Assembly: GCA_046483315.1 (NCBI GenBank)
Contig: JAWODJ010000080.1
Span: 9,313-73,312, forward strand
Reading direction: 5' to 3'
Source of the DNA: Bacteroidales bacterium
GTDB taxonomy: Bacteria; Bacteroidota; Bacteroidia; Bacteroidales; PUMT01
Length of the DNA stretch: 64,000 nucleotides
The notes beneath the pieces were generated by a model. That model was given only the letters and a program-made list of their open reading frames with translations, was not told the origin of the DNA and did not search any database. The position numbers and the translations under genes were made by a program. This document shows, piece after piece, positions 47,756 through 56,291 of the stretch (its first letter is position 1; each line of letters starts with the position of its first letter).

Positions 47756-50125
47756 GACCGGCGGTGCTTCCTTAAGATGGGGGCGCTGCTGGGCGGTGGA
47801 CTGGTGGCCGGGGCTCCTTTAGCCAGCTGTATAAGGGAATTGGAAAGGCATACCCCGGTACTTGTTGATGAGATTGACGGGGTAAAGATCATTCGGGCGG
47901 GATGCCCGGCACACAACTGTGGCGGCAGGTGCGTTCTTACCCTCCACGTTAAGGATGAGAAGATACTAAGGATTGAGACCGACGACCGGCCCGGCGATAC
48001 GCTGGCCGACCCGCAGCTCAGGGCCTGCATCCGCGGCCGCTCCTACAGGCGCCGTCAGTATCACCCCGACAGGCTCAAATACCCGATGAAGCGGACCGGC
48101 AAGAGGGGTGAGGGGAAATTTGAAAGGATAGGCTGGGATGAGGCTTACGATATACTGGCTTCGCAAATAGAACGTGTAAGGGAAAAATACGGCAACCAGG
48201 CGATACTGGTGCCATACGGCACCGGCAGCTACAACCAGGTGGGGGGACGGCAGACTGCCGCAAGACTGATGAACCTGCTGGGTGGTTCGCTTGGTTACTA
48301 CAACTCCTACAGCTGGGCATGCATAAGCAGGGCCACGCCTTATGTGTATGGGACATCGGTGACCGGCAACCAGAGGCAGGACTGGGTGAACAGCAAATTT
48401 ATCATCATGTGGGGCTGGAACCCTGCCGAGATGCGCGACGGCACCAACAGCGACTTTTTCATTAAGAAAGCAAGGCAGAACGGGGCAAGGGTGGTGTGCA
48501 TCGACCCGCAGATGACCATGAGCGCCGTATCACTGGCCGACGAGTGGATACCCATAAGGCCGGGCACCGACACGGCAATGATGAGCGCCATGGCTTATGT
48601 GATAATTTCTGAGAACCTGCACGACAAAGAGTTTATCGATCGCTGCTGCATTGGGTTCGATAAAAGCCAGATGCCCCCGGGCTGTGAAAACGAAGAGAGC
48701 TATTATGACTACATTTTCGGCACCCGCGACGGCGTGCCCAAAACACCGCAGTGGGCAGAAGCTGTAACGGGCGTACCGGCGGCCACAATTGCACGAACAG
48801 GCCGCGAATATGGCAGCTCTAAACCGGCCGTGCTGTACCAGGGCTACGGCATGCAGCGCCGTGCTTACGGCGAGCAGCCTGTGCTTGCAGGTTGTGTCTT
48901 ACCTGCTATTACAGGCAATGTTGGTATCCCCGGCGGATGGGCAGGAGGGATCGCTCTGCAGGCCGATGACGGCGGGCCGTTCTGGAATGTTTTTCCCACG
49001 GGCCGCAACCCGGTCACTGCAAGCATACCGGTGTTTCTGTGGACCGAGGCGATATTGCGTGGTACGGAGATGGGTCCGGCCGAAGGATTGCGCGGAGTCG
49101 AAAGGCTGGAGAGCAACATAAAGCTGATCTGGTCGGTGGCATCGAATATCCTGATCAACCAGCACTCCGATGTGAACCGCACGGCAAAGATACTGGCCGA
49201 TGAGAGTCTGGTGGAGTTCATCGCCCTGCAGGATCAGTTCATGACTCCTTCGGGTAAATTTGCCGACCTGGTGCTGCCGGTCTGTACCCAGTTTGAGAGT
49301 TGGGGACTGGAGGACGGGTGGAAGTATGGCGACGAGGTGATCATCATGCCGCAGATTGCCAAAACCCCGCATGAAACAAAGAGTGATTACAACATCTGCG
49401 CAGAGCTGGCCGAAAGGTTCGGGCTCAGGGAGGAATATACGGAAGGACGGACGGAAAGGGGATGGATCGAATGGGCCGTTGACCGGTACCGCAATACGCG
49501 GTTCCCCGATATACCGTCGCTCGATGAGATGGAGGAGAAGAACACCGGGGTGTTCAGCGTGCCGGTGACCGATCCGAAGGTGGCGTTTACCGATTTCCGT
49601 AAAGATCCGCGAAAGCATCCTCTTAACACCCCTTCCGGAAAGATCGAGATATTCTCTGAGCGGCTGTTCAGAATGGGCAATCCCGAAGAGATTCCGGCGG
49701 TGCCCAAGTATATCCAGGAGTGGGAGAGCCCTTTCGGAGAAGAGAGCCGTGAGTATCCGCTTCAGGCCATCGGGCATCACTACATGCAGAGGGTGCACTC
49801 GACGCATGATAACGTGGACTGGCTCAATGAGGCGTTCCCGCAGAGGGTGTTTATCAATCCGCTGGATGCCGCAGAGAGGGGGATAGAGGATGGCGACAAG
49901 GTGATGGTATGGAACGGTCGCGGGCGCATGGTCATCCCATGCAGGCTGACTCCTAAAATTATGCCCGGGGTGGTTAACATCCCGCAGGGTGCCTGGTATA
50001 CGCCTGATGAGAACGGCATTGACCGCCGCGGATGTGTGAACGTGCTGACCTCGCACCGGTGGACGCCGCTGGCATTCGGCAACGCGCAGCACACCATAAT
50101 GGTGGAGATAAAAAAAGAGGGGTGA
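47744..50125 (+). CDS. Tat-dependent molybdopterin oxidoreductase, DMSO-reductase family catalytic (A) subunit; start codon uncertain
   Basis: Twin-arginine signal IDRRCFLKMGALLGGGLVAGAPLASC, FS0 Cys motif GCPAHNCGGRCVL and a full MopB plus C-terminal molybdopterin-binding domain. An in-frame TTG at 47744 gives a normal-length signal peptide. Alternative starts are the ATG at 47483 or the TTG at 47414. Confidence 0.85.
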   Translation: MASIDRRCFLKMGALLGGGLVAGAPLASCIRELERHTPVLVDEIDGVKIIRAGCPAHNCGGRCVLTLHVKDEKILRIETDDRPGDTLADPQLRACIRGRSYRRRQYHPDRLKYPMKRTGKRGEGKFERIGWDEAYDILASQIERVREKYGNQAILVPYGTGSYNQVGGRQTAARLMNLLGGSLGYYNSYSWACISRATPYVYGTSVTGNQRQDWVNSKFIIMWGWNPAEMRDGTNSDFFIKKARQNGARVVCIDPQMTMSAVSLADEWIPIRPGTDTAMMSAMAYVIISENLHDKEFIDRCCIGFDKSQMPPGCENEESYYDYIFGTRDGVPKTPQWAEAVTGVPAATIARTGREYGSSKPAVLYQGYGMQRRAYGEQPVLAGCVLPAITGNVGIPGGWAGGIALQADDGGPFWNVFPTGRNPVTASIPVFLWTEAILRGTEMGPAEGLRGVERLESNIKLIWSVASNILINQHSDVNRTAKILADESLVEFIALQDQFMTPSGKFADLVLPVCTQFESWGLEDGWKYGDEVIIMPQIAKTPHETKSDYNICAELAERFGLREEYTEGRTERGWIEWAVDRYRNTRFPDIPSLDEMEEKNTGVFSVPVTDPKVAFTDFRKDPRKHPLNTPSGKIEIFSERLFRMGNPEEIPAVPKYIQEWESPFGEESREYPLQAIGHHYMQRVHSTHDNVDWLNEAFPQRVFINPLDAAERGIEDGDKVMVWNGRGRMVIPCRLTPKIMPGVVNIPQGAWYTPDENGIDRRGCVNVLTSHRWTPLAFGNAQHTIMVEIKKEG

Positions 50126-50174
50126 TGATGTTGAAAATCTGTTTTGGAGTTAATTAAAAGTCAAGGAGTAATCT

Positions 50175-50804
50175 ATGAATAAGCAGCTTGCATTTTATTT
50201 TGACTCTTCGGCCTGTTCAGGTTGCAAGACCTGCCAGGTGGCTTGCAGGGACAAGCATGATCTGGGAAAGGGAATGCTGTGGAGAAGGGTTTACGAGGTG
50301 GCCGGCGGGGACTGGCGGAGGGAGGGCCAGGCGTGGGTGCCCGATATTTATTCGTACTACATATCGATGGCATGTAACCACTGTCTTGATCCAATATGCA
50401 TGAACTCATGCCCGAACAATGCTATTTACCGGAATGACGACGGACTGGTACTGATTGATGAGAAGAGGTGCATGGGGTGCCGCTATTGTGAGTGGACCTG
50501 CCCCTATGGTGCTTTGCACTACGATGATGAGAAGGGCGTGATGACAAAATGCACCATGTGTGCCGACTATATAGAACAGGGCAAGCCACCGGCATGTGTC
50601 TCTGCATGCCCTATGAGGGTATTGGAGGTCGGAGAGCTTTACGAGTACAGGGGCAGGCTGCTGGAACCGCCTTCAATGTACCCTCTTCCCGACCCCGGAA
50701 TTACAAATCCTGCACTGGTAGTTAAACCTCATAAGGATTCGCTCAGGGCAGAAAGGGAGAAATTAAGGATCAACAACAGGGAGGAGGTGAAGGATGACGG
50801 GTAG
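50175..50804 (+). CDS. DmsB-like 4Fe-4S electron-transfer (B) subunit
   Basis: Four ferredoxin-type Cys groups (CSGCKTCQVAC, CNHCLDPICMNSCP, CMGCRYCEWTCP, CTMCADY...CVSACP); 209 aa. Confidence 0.88.
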   Translation: MNKQLAFYFDSSACSGCKTCQVACRDKHDLGKGMLWRRVYEVAGGDWRREGQAWVPDIYSYYISMACNHCLDPICMNSCPNNAIYRNDDGLVLIDEKRCMGCRYCEWTCPYGALHYDDEKGVMTKCTMCADYIEQGKPPACVSACPMRVLEVGELYEYRGRLLEPPSMYPLPDPGITNPALVVKPHKDSLRAEREKLRINNREEVKDDG

Positions 50805-51657
50805 TACATGGTCACTTGTTTTTTTCACCCTTTTTGCGCAGGCCGCATTCGGACTCATTGTAGCTCTCGCAGTTTTTGCTGCCGGAAAACAACCGGTTGT
50901 CAGGATTGTTTATGTTAACGTGCGGACACTTGTTACGGGTATTGCCCTTGTGTTAATGGCAGCTGCACTGGTTTTCTCATTTTTTCACCTGGGGTCTCCC
51001 GAAAAGGCACTGTATGCTGCTTCCAATCTGAGATCCTCCTGGCTAAGCAGGGAGATACTTGTGGTATCTGTTTTCAGCGTGGTTCTCCTGGTCTGGTACA
51101 TTATGCAGAAAGCAGATGCTGCCGGTAAGCTTGCCAACAGGTATATGCGGAATATCTCTGTTCTTGCAGGAGCACTGATGGTTTTTACAATGGCAAGGCT
51201 TTATATGGTGCCTACCATACCGGCATGGGATTCTGCCGGGACATTGGTTCTGTTTTACAGCAGCGGGATATTGCTGGGAACTCCGTTTCTGCTTGCGCTT
51301 ATAATACCTTCATATATAACTGGACCGGAAAGACCCGGTTATTACTTTTTTATACCGGTAATGGCAATACTGATTATTTCAGCTTTTCTGGTTCGGATAC
51401 TGTTTATGTTTTTTCATGATCCGGCAATTGAGAACCCGGCATTACCTCCGGCTGATATTCCATTGCTGCTTTATGTATTTCATTATATTTTTCTTACGGC
51501 AGGAATTACACTTATCACTTTACGTATTTTTTTCCTTTCGGGGACAAGTGCCCGGGCATGGAAACTCTTTTTACTGCTTTCACTTGTATTTATCTTTACC
51601 GGGGAGATAATTGGCAGGTATATCTTTTATGCCGGCTATTTCAGGGTTGGGGTGTGA
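50794..51657 (+). CDS. DmsC-like membrane anchor (C) subunit
   Basis: 287 aa with about eight hydrophobic helices. It overlaps the B subunit by 11 nt, completing the canonical ABC order. Confidence 0.7.
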   Translation: MTGSTWSLVFFTLFAQAAFGLIVALAVFAAGKQPVVRIVYVNVRTLVTGIALVLMAAALVFSFFHLGSPEKALYAASNLRSSWLSREILVVSVFSVVLLVWYIMQKADAAGKLANRYMRNISVLAGALMVFTMARLYMVPTIPAWDSAGTLVLFYSSGILLGTPFLLALIIPSYITGPERPGYYFFIPVMAILIISAFLVRILFMFFHDPAIENPALPPADIPLLLYVFHYIFLTAGITLITLRIFFLSGTSARAWKLFLLLSLVFIFTGEIIGRYIFYAGYFRVGV

Positions 51658-51661
51658 TCAC

Positions 51662-52312
51662 TTAACTGTCCGGCAGCAGAGAGGGGAACCACTCTTTCCC
51701 TGCTGATATCCACACCCGCAGAAGTATCCAGCCGACAGATATTCCCAGCAATGCCCCGAAGAGACAATCTCCCGGATAATGCACGCCCAGATATATACGG
51801 CTGTATGTGAATATAACCGCCCATGTATATATTACCCATGTATACCATCTTATCCCGATTATCCCGGAGGTAAAATATGCTACGGCAAAAGAATTGGCTG
51901 CGTGTGAAGAGACAAAGCCGTATAATGCTCCCCTTCTTCCCGGAATATGAATAATATCTGAAAGCGCAGGTTCATGAGAGGGCCGGAGTCGCTGGAAAAC
52001 ATTCTTGAACAGGTGAACAGATGCCTGGTCGCTGAGTGTTAACAGAAAGACGATAAAGAAAATTGAAAGTAACAGCCATGGCCATTTATTGCGGTTAAGG
52101 TTTATGTTGAGATTTAATAATCCTCCCTCCGGTGATTTTTGAATTTTTACAGCCATATATCGCCATACCAGCAGTGCGAGAATAATTACATAAAGAAATA
52201 TCCATGAATATTGCTTTGTAATCCATAAAAAAATGGTATCGAATAAACTATTATGCAGACTGTTTAGAAATATAAAAAGACTTGTATCGAGTTGTTTCAG
52301 AAATTCAATCAT
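51662..52312 (-). CDS. PAP2-family phosphatase (membrane-bound)
   Basis: PAP2 motifs RLRPSHE, SSHAANS and SRIYLGVHYPGD. Confidence 0.8.
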   Translation of the reverse strand: MIEFLKQLDTSLFIFLNSLHNSLFDTIFLWITKQYSWIFLYVIILALLVWRYMAVKIQKSPEGGLLNLNINLNRNKWPWLLLSIFFIVFLLTLSDQASVHLFKNVFQRLRPSHEPALSDIIHIPGRRGALYGFVSSHAANSFAVAYFTSGIIGIRWYTWVIYTWAVIFTYSRIYLGVHYPGDCLFGALLGISVGWILLRVWISAGKEWFPSLLPDS

Positions 52313-52316
52313 ATTA

Positions 52317-53318
52317 TTAACTGTTGAGTATTTCCCAGAGATTATCCTTTAAGGTGGTTATTCCGGTTCCTGTAACCGCAGAGATGAACAGCCTTTGCAC
52401 ACCAGGCAGTTCCTTTTCAGTTTCAGTGTTCAGCTCTGCCCTGAGCTCTTCATCCAGCAGATCTGATTTTGTTATTGCAAGAAGTCTTTGCTTGTCAAGA
52501 AGTTCAGGGTTGTATTTTTTTAGCTCTCCAAGCAGTACGCCGTATTCCTCTTTAATGCTGTTGCTGTCAGCCGGTATCATAAAAAGGAGCATTGCATTCC
52601 TTTCTATATGCCGCAGAAATCTCAGTCCGAGACCCCGTCCCTCATGTGCTCCTTCTATGATCCCCGGTATGTCTGCCATGGCAAAGGAGAGATTGTCGCG
52701 GTAGCTAACTATTCCGAGGTTCGGGACAAGGGTGGTAAAAGGATAATTGGCTATTTTGGGTTTGGCTGCAGAAACAACGGAAAGAAGCGTTGATTTTCCT
52801 GCATTGGGAAACCCCACCAGTCCCACATCTGCCAGTATCTTTAATTCCAGTATGAACCAGCCTTCGATGCCCTCTTCACCGGGCTGGGCAAATCGGGGTG
52901 TCTGCATGGTGGCCGATTTGAAATTGGCATTGCCCATACCCCCGCGGCCTCCCGGTGCCAATATCTTCTCCTGTCCATGTTCCGTGATCTCAAAAAGTAT
53001 TTCTCCGGTCTCCCCGTTTTTTGCAACAGTGCCAAGGGGAACTTCAACAATATTATCTTTCCCTCCGGCACCTGTTTTTTCTTTTGATGACCCTCCCTCT
53101 CCATTTTCGGCAAAGACATGCCGCCTGTATTTAAGATGTATGAGGGTCCAGAGTTGTGAATTACCTCTAAGAATAACATTTCCGCCCCTTCCGCCGTCAC
53201 CTCCGTCAGGCCCTCCCTTGGTTGTAAATTTATCGCGGTGGAAATGAACCGATCCGGCCCCTCCCTTGCCCGAACGGCAAAAGATTTTTACATAATCGAC
53301 AAAATTGGTATCGGCCAT
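52317..53318 (-). CDS. obg: GTPase Obg/CgtA
   Basis: Obg fold N-domain ([28 protein letters not shown]) and G1 motif GFPNAGKST. Confidence 0.92.
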   Translation of the reverse strand: MADTNFVDYVKIFCRSGKGGAGSVHFHRDKFTTKGGPDGGDGGRGGNVILRGNSQLWTLIHLKYRRHVFAENGEGGSSKEKTGAGGKDNIVEVPLGTVAKNGETGEILFEITEHGQEKILAPGGRGGMGNANFKSATMQTPRFAQPGEEGIEGWFILELKILADVGLVGFPNAGKSTLLSVVSAAKPKIANYPFTTLVPNLGIVSYRDNLSFAMADIPGIIEGAHEGRGLGLRFLRHIERNAMLLFMIPADSNSIKEEYGVLLGELKKYNPELLDKQRLLAITKSDLLDEELRAELNTETEKELPGVQRLFISAVTGTGITTLKDNLWEILNS

Positions 53319-53371
53319 TCCAGGAATTGTTTTAAAAAACAGACAAACTATAAGGCGGTAGTATTTTTAAA

Positions 53372-53956
53372 CTATAACTCAGATTCTGCATATTCATCAA
53401 TAACCGAAGATATACGCTCAAATATCTCTTCAACGCTTCCTGTTCCGGGCACGGGCCTGAACCTGCCGGTTTTCCCATAGTAATCGCAAACCTGGCAGGT
53501 TACATCATTGTAAACTTTGATCCGGTTCCTGATCGTCTCTATATTGTCGTCACTGCGCCCTTCTTCTTCACATCTTTTAAGTAACCTTTTAATAAGTTCA
53601 TCTTCTTCAACTTCAAGTGTTATCATAACTGATATTGATGTACCTTTTTCTTTTAGCAGCCGGTCAAGTGCAACAGCCTGCTCAACGGTGCGCGGGAATC
53701 CGTCGAAAATAAACCCTCTGTGATTGCCGGCACTGTCAATCTTGTTTTTCACCATTTTAATCACTATCTCATCTGGTACCAGCTCTCCTTTATCTGTAAG
53801 TTTTTTGGCTTCCAGGCCAAGCGGTGTTTTAGCGGCTATTTCCCCTCTGAGAATGTCGCCGGTGGATAAGTGGGTTAACTTATACTTTTCTATTATCAAC
53901 TGTGACTGTGTCCCTTTACCTGCACCGGGAGGCCCGAATATTACAATATTTAGCAT
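53372..53956 (-). CDS. adk: Adenylate kinase
   Basis: P-loop GPPGAGKGTQ and the GFPRT motif; 194 aa. Confidence 0.92.
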   Translation of the reverse strand: MLNIVIFGPPGAGKGTQSQLIIEKYKLTHLSTGDILRGEIAAKTPLGLEAKKLTDKGELVPDEIVIKMVKNKIDSAGNHRGFIFDGFPRTVEQAVALDRLLKEKGTSISVMITLEVEEDELIKRLLKRCEEEGRSDDNIETIRNRIKVYNDVTCQVCDYYGKTGRFRPVPGTGSVEEIFERISSVIDEYAESEL

Positions 53957-54068
53957 GCTATTAATTTTTAGAAAGTTAGAAATATAAATCTGGTAAATAA
54001 TTAGTTGTCATGTTGTTAAAAATTATGAGACGGAGTATTTAATGTGGTTATAATTTTATAAAAAAATT

Positions 54069-54605
54069 TTAAGTTATGATTTTATATATACCTTCAAAAT
54101 TTCTTCCCAGATTATTATAGTCGAGGCCGTAACCTATAATAAATTCGTTCGGTATTTCGAGTCCGACATAATCCAGACGGATATTGCCGGTGAATGCTTC
54201 AGGCTTTAATAAAAGTGTGGCAATAATTATCTTTTTTGGTTTTTGCAGTTTCAGTTGCCTGACAACACTTTTAAGAGTTATTCCTGTATCAACTATATCC
54301 TCAACTATTACTACCGACCTCCCTTTGATATCTTCATTAAGGCCTATAAGCTCTGTGATGCTGCCTGTGGAGGTATCGTCCCTGTATGAGGAGAGTTTAA
54401 GAAAAGAGACATGGCAATTCATCCTTATCTTTTTCAGAAGGTCGGAAGTGAACATAAAAGAACCGTTGAGGATGCTCAGGAAAAGCGGAATCTCCCCGGC
54501 AAGGTCATTATTTATATTGTCAGCAATTTTTGAAACAGCCTCCTGAATTTTTTGAGGAGTTATCAAAAGGCTGAATTCCTTGTCATGCAGTTTTATTCTG
54601 TCCAT
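54069..54605 (-). CDS. hpt: Hypoxanthine phosphoribosyltransferase
   Basis: PRPP-binding motif VVIVEDIVDTGITL; 178 aa. Confidence 0.9.
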   Translation of the reverse strand: MDRIKLHDKEFSLLITPQKIQEAVSKIADNINNDLAGEIPLFLSILNGSFMFTSDLLKKIRMNCHVSFLKLSSYRDDTSTGSITELIGLNEDIKGRSVVIVEDIVDTGITLKSVVRQLKLQKPKKIIIATLLLKPEAFTGNIRLDYVGLEIPNEFIIGYGLDYNNLGRNFEGIYKIIT

Positions 54606-54879
54606 TAATCGGCAACTTTTGAAACACCAGTTTAACAGGGTAATTATATATTGCTGTATCAGTCATATTCAGATGAAAAATCAATATCCGGTCATTTCTA
54701 TAGCGGTGAAAATACCGGCTTCCTGTTCTGCTGTTTTACAATTTTTAAGTATCTTGCGAAATTAAAAAAATAAGGGATTAAGTTGGGATAAATAGCAATA
54801 ATAAATTTTCAGTACCTGGAAAAATGTACCTTATCAGGTACAAAGCATACAGGTGAACCAAACAATAAAATCATTAATT

Positions 54880-55392
54880 ATGCAGGCAAAAGTAAGTATC
54901 ATTATGGGCAGTACCTCTGACATGCCAATCATGGAAGAATCTGCAAAAATACTGAATGACTTTAAGATTCCATTTGAGATCAACGCGCTTTCGGCTCACC
55001 GGACACCGGAAAAGGTGGCGGAATTTGCAGCCGGTGCTTATGACAGAGGCATCAGGGTTTTTATTGCCGGTGCAGGTGGTGCAGCACATTTGCCGGGGGT
55101 AATAGCAGCACTCACACCCCTGCCGGTTATTGGCGTACCCATAAATTCATCCAATTCCCTGGATGGCTGGGATTCAATACTGTCAATCCTGCAAATGCCT
55201 GCAGGGATCCCGGTTGCCACTGTTGCAATTGACGGGGCGAGGAATGCCGGAATACTGGCAGCCCAGATTCTTGGCACAGGTGATCCAGATGTTTATAATG
55301 CTGTAAGGGAGTTTAAGATCAAACTCAAGGATAAGATATTAAAAGCAAATAAGGATTTATCTGAAATTAAATTTGAGTATAAGACAAATTAA
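54880..55392 (+). CDS. purE: N5-carboxyaminoimidazole ribonucleotide mutase
   Basis: IIMGSTSD, AHRTP and GAGGAAHLPG motifs. The ATG at 54880 is preferred over the GTG at 54853. Confidence 0.9.
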   Translation: MQAKVSIIMGSTSDMPIMEESAKILNDFKIPFEINALSAHRTPEKVAEFAAGAYDRGIRVFIAGAGGAAHLPGVIAALTPLPVIGVPINSSNSLDGWDSILSILQMPAGIPVATVAIDGARNAGILAAQILGTGDPDVYNAVREFKIKLKDKILKANKDLSEIKFEYKTN

Positions 55393-55439
55393 TAAATTTT
55401 TAGTAACTTGAATATGTTTGTTTTTATCAGGCATATTCA

Positions 55440-56291
55440 ATGCAAAAAAAAGGATATACTATCTGCTTTACCGGGAAAAGGGTCACTCTGATCTTTTTGC
55501 CGGTTTTTATTTTCCTCTTGAACAGGCCTCTTTCGGCTAATGAAAATTATCCTCTTGGCAGCAGGGCAGCGGCAATGGGAAATGCTGCCGTTGCCCTGAG
55601 CGATATCTGGTCGGTACATCATAACCAGGCCGGGCTTGCATCAATTTTTGCCATCCGGGCAGGCTTTCACAGTGAAAATAAATTTATGGTTCCGGAGTTT
55701 GGATTGCAGGCGTTTGCCCTTGCCATACCAACCAAACCCGGCACTCTGGGAGTGAGCTATACATATTTCGGATTTTCAAAATATAATGAGAGTAAACTTG
55801 GCCTTGCCTTCGGACGTATGTTTGGTGAGAGGATATCAGCCGGTATACAGATAAATTATATCTATACATATATTGCAGAAGATTATGGTGATACCGGCAG
55901 CCTGACAGTGGAAGGAGGCTTTATTGCACAGCCTGCTGACGGCTTATTTATTGCCGCCCATGTATATAACCCCATAGGTACAGAGATCAAAACTTATTAT
56001 GATGAACCGGTTCCCACTATTTTGAGTTTCGGGTTAGCGGGTTACCTCAGTGAAAGGCTGCTGATAGCCGCAGAAGCTGAAAAGGAGTTAGACCACAGAG
56101 TGGTTTTCAAGGCAGGGCTTGAAATGAGTTTTCTCGGATCTCTTTATCTGCGTACCGGTATTTCGTCCAGGCCTGTTCAAAGTTCTTTTGGAATAGGTTA
56201 TGTTTTTGGCAAACTGGCGGCTGACCTTGCTTTTACCAATCATCAGGTGCTGGGATTTACCCCGCATCTCTCGGTAAGTTATACTTTCTGA
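55440..56291 (+). CDS. PorV/PorQ-like (FadL-like) outer-membrane beta-barrel protein
   Basis: Signal peptide, then the N-terminal motif YPLGSRAAAMGNAAVALSDIWSVHHNQAGLA (PorV/PorQ-type G-x-R-x-x-x-M-G ... N-x-A-G-L). The C-terminal beta-signal is HLSVSYTF. Confidence 0.55.
   Translation: MQKKGYTICFTGKRVTLIFLPVFIFLLNRPLSANENYPLGSRAAAMGNAAVALSDIWSVHHNQAGLASIFAIRAGFHSENKFMVPEFGLQAFALAIPTKPGTLGVSYTYFGFSKYNESKLGLAFGRMFGERISAGIQINYIYTYIAEDYGDTGSLTVEGGFIAQPADGLFIAAHVYNPIGTEIKTYYDEPVPTILSFGLAGYLSERLLIAAEAEKELDHRVVFKAGLEMSFLGSLYLRTGISSRPVQSSFGIGYVFGKLAADLAFTNHQVLGFTPHLSVSYTF

Noticed and set aside
48899-50092. 397-codon ORF on the minus strand inside the molybdoenzyme A-subunit gene
   Set aside because: It is antisense to a gene with unambiguous family motifs. 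Its translation is low-complexity and Arg/Pro/His-rich with no recognisable motif. Long shadow ORFs are expected in GC-rich coding DNA.
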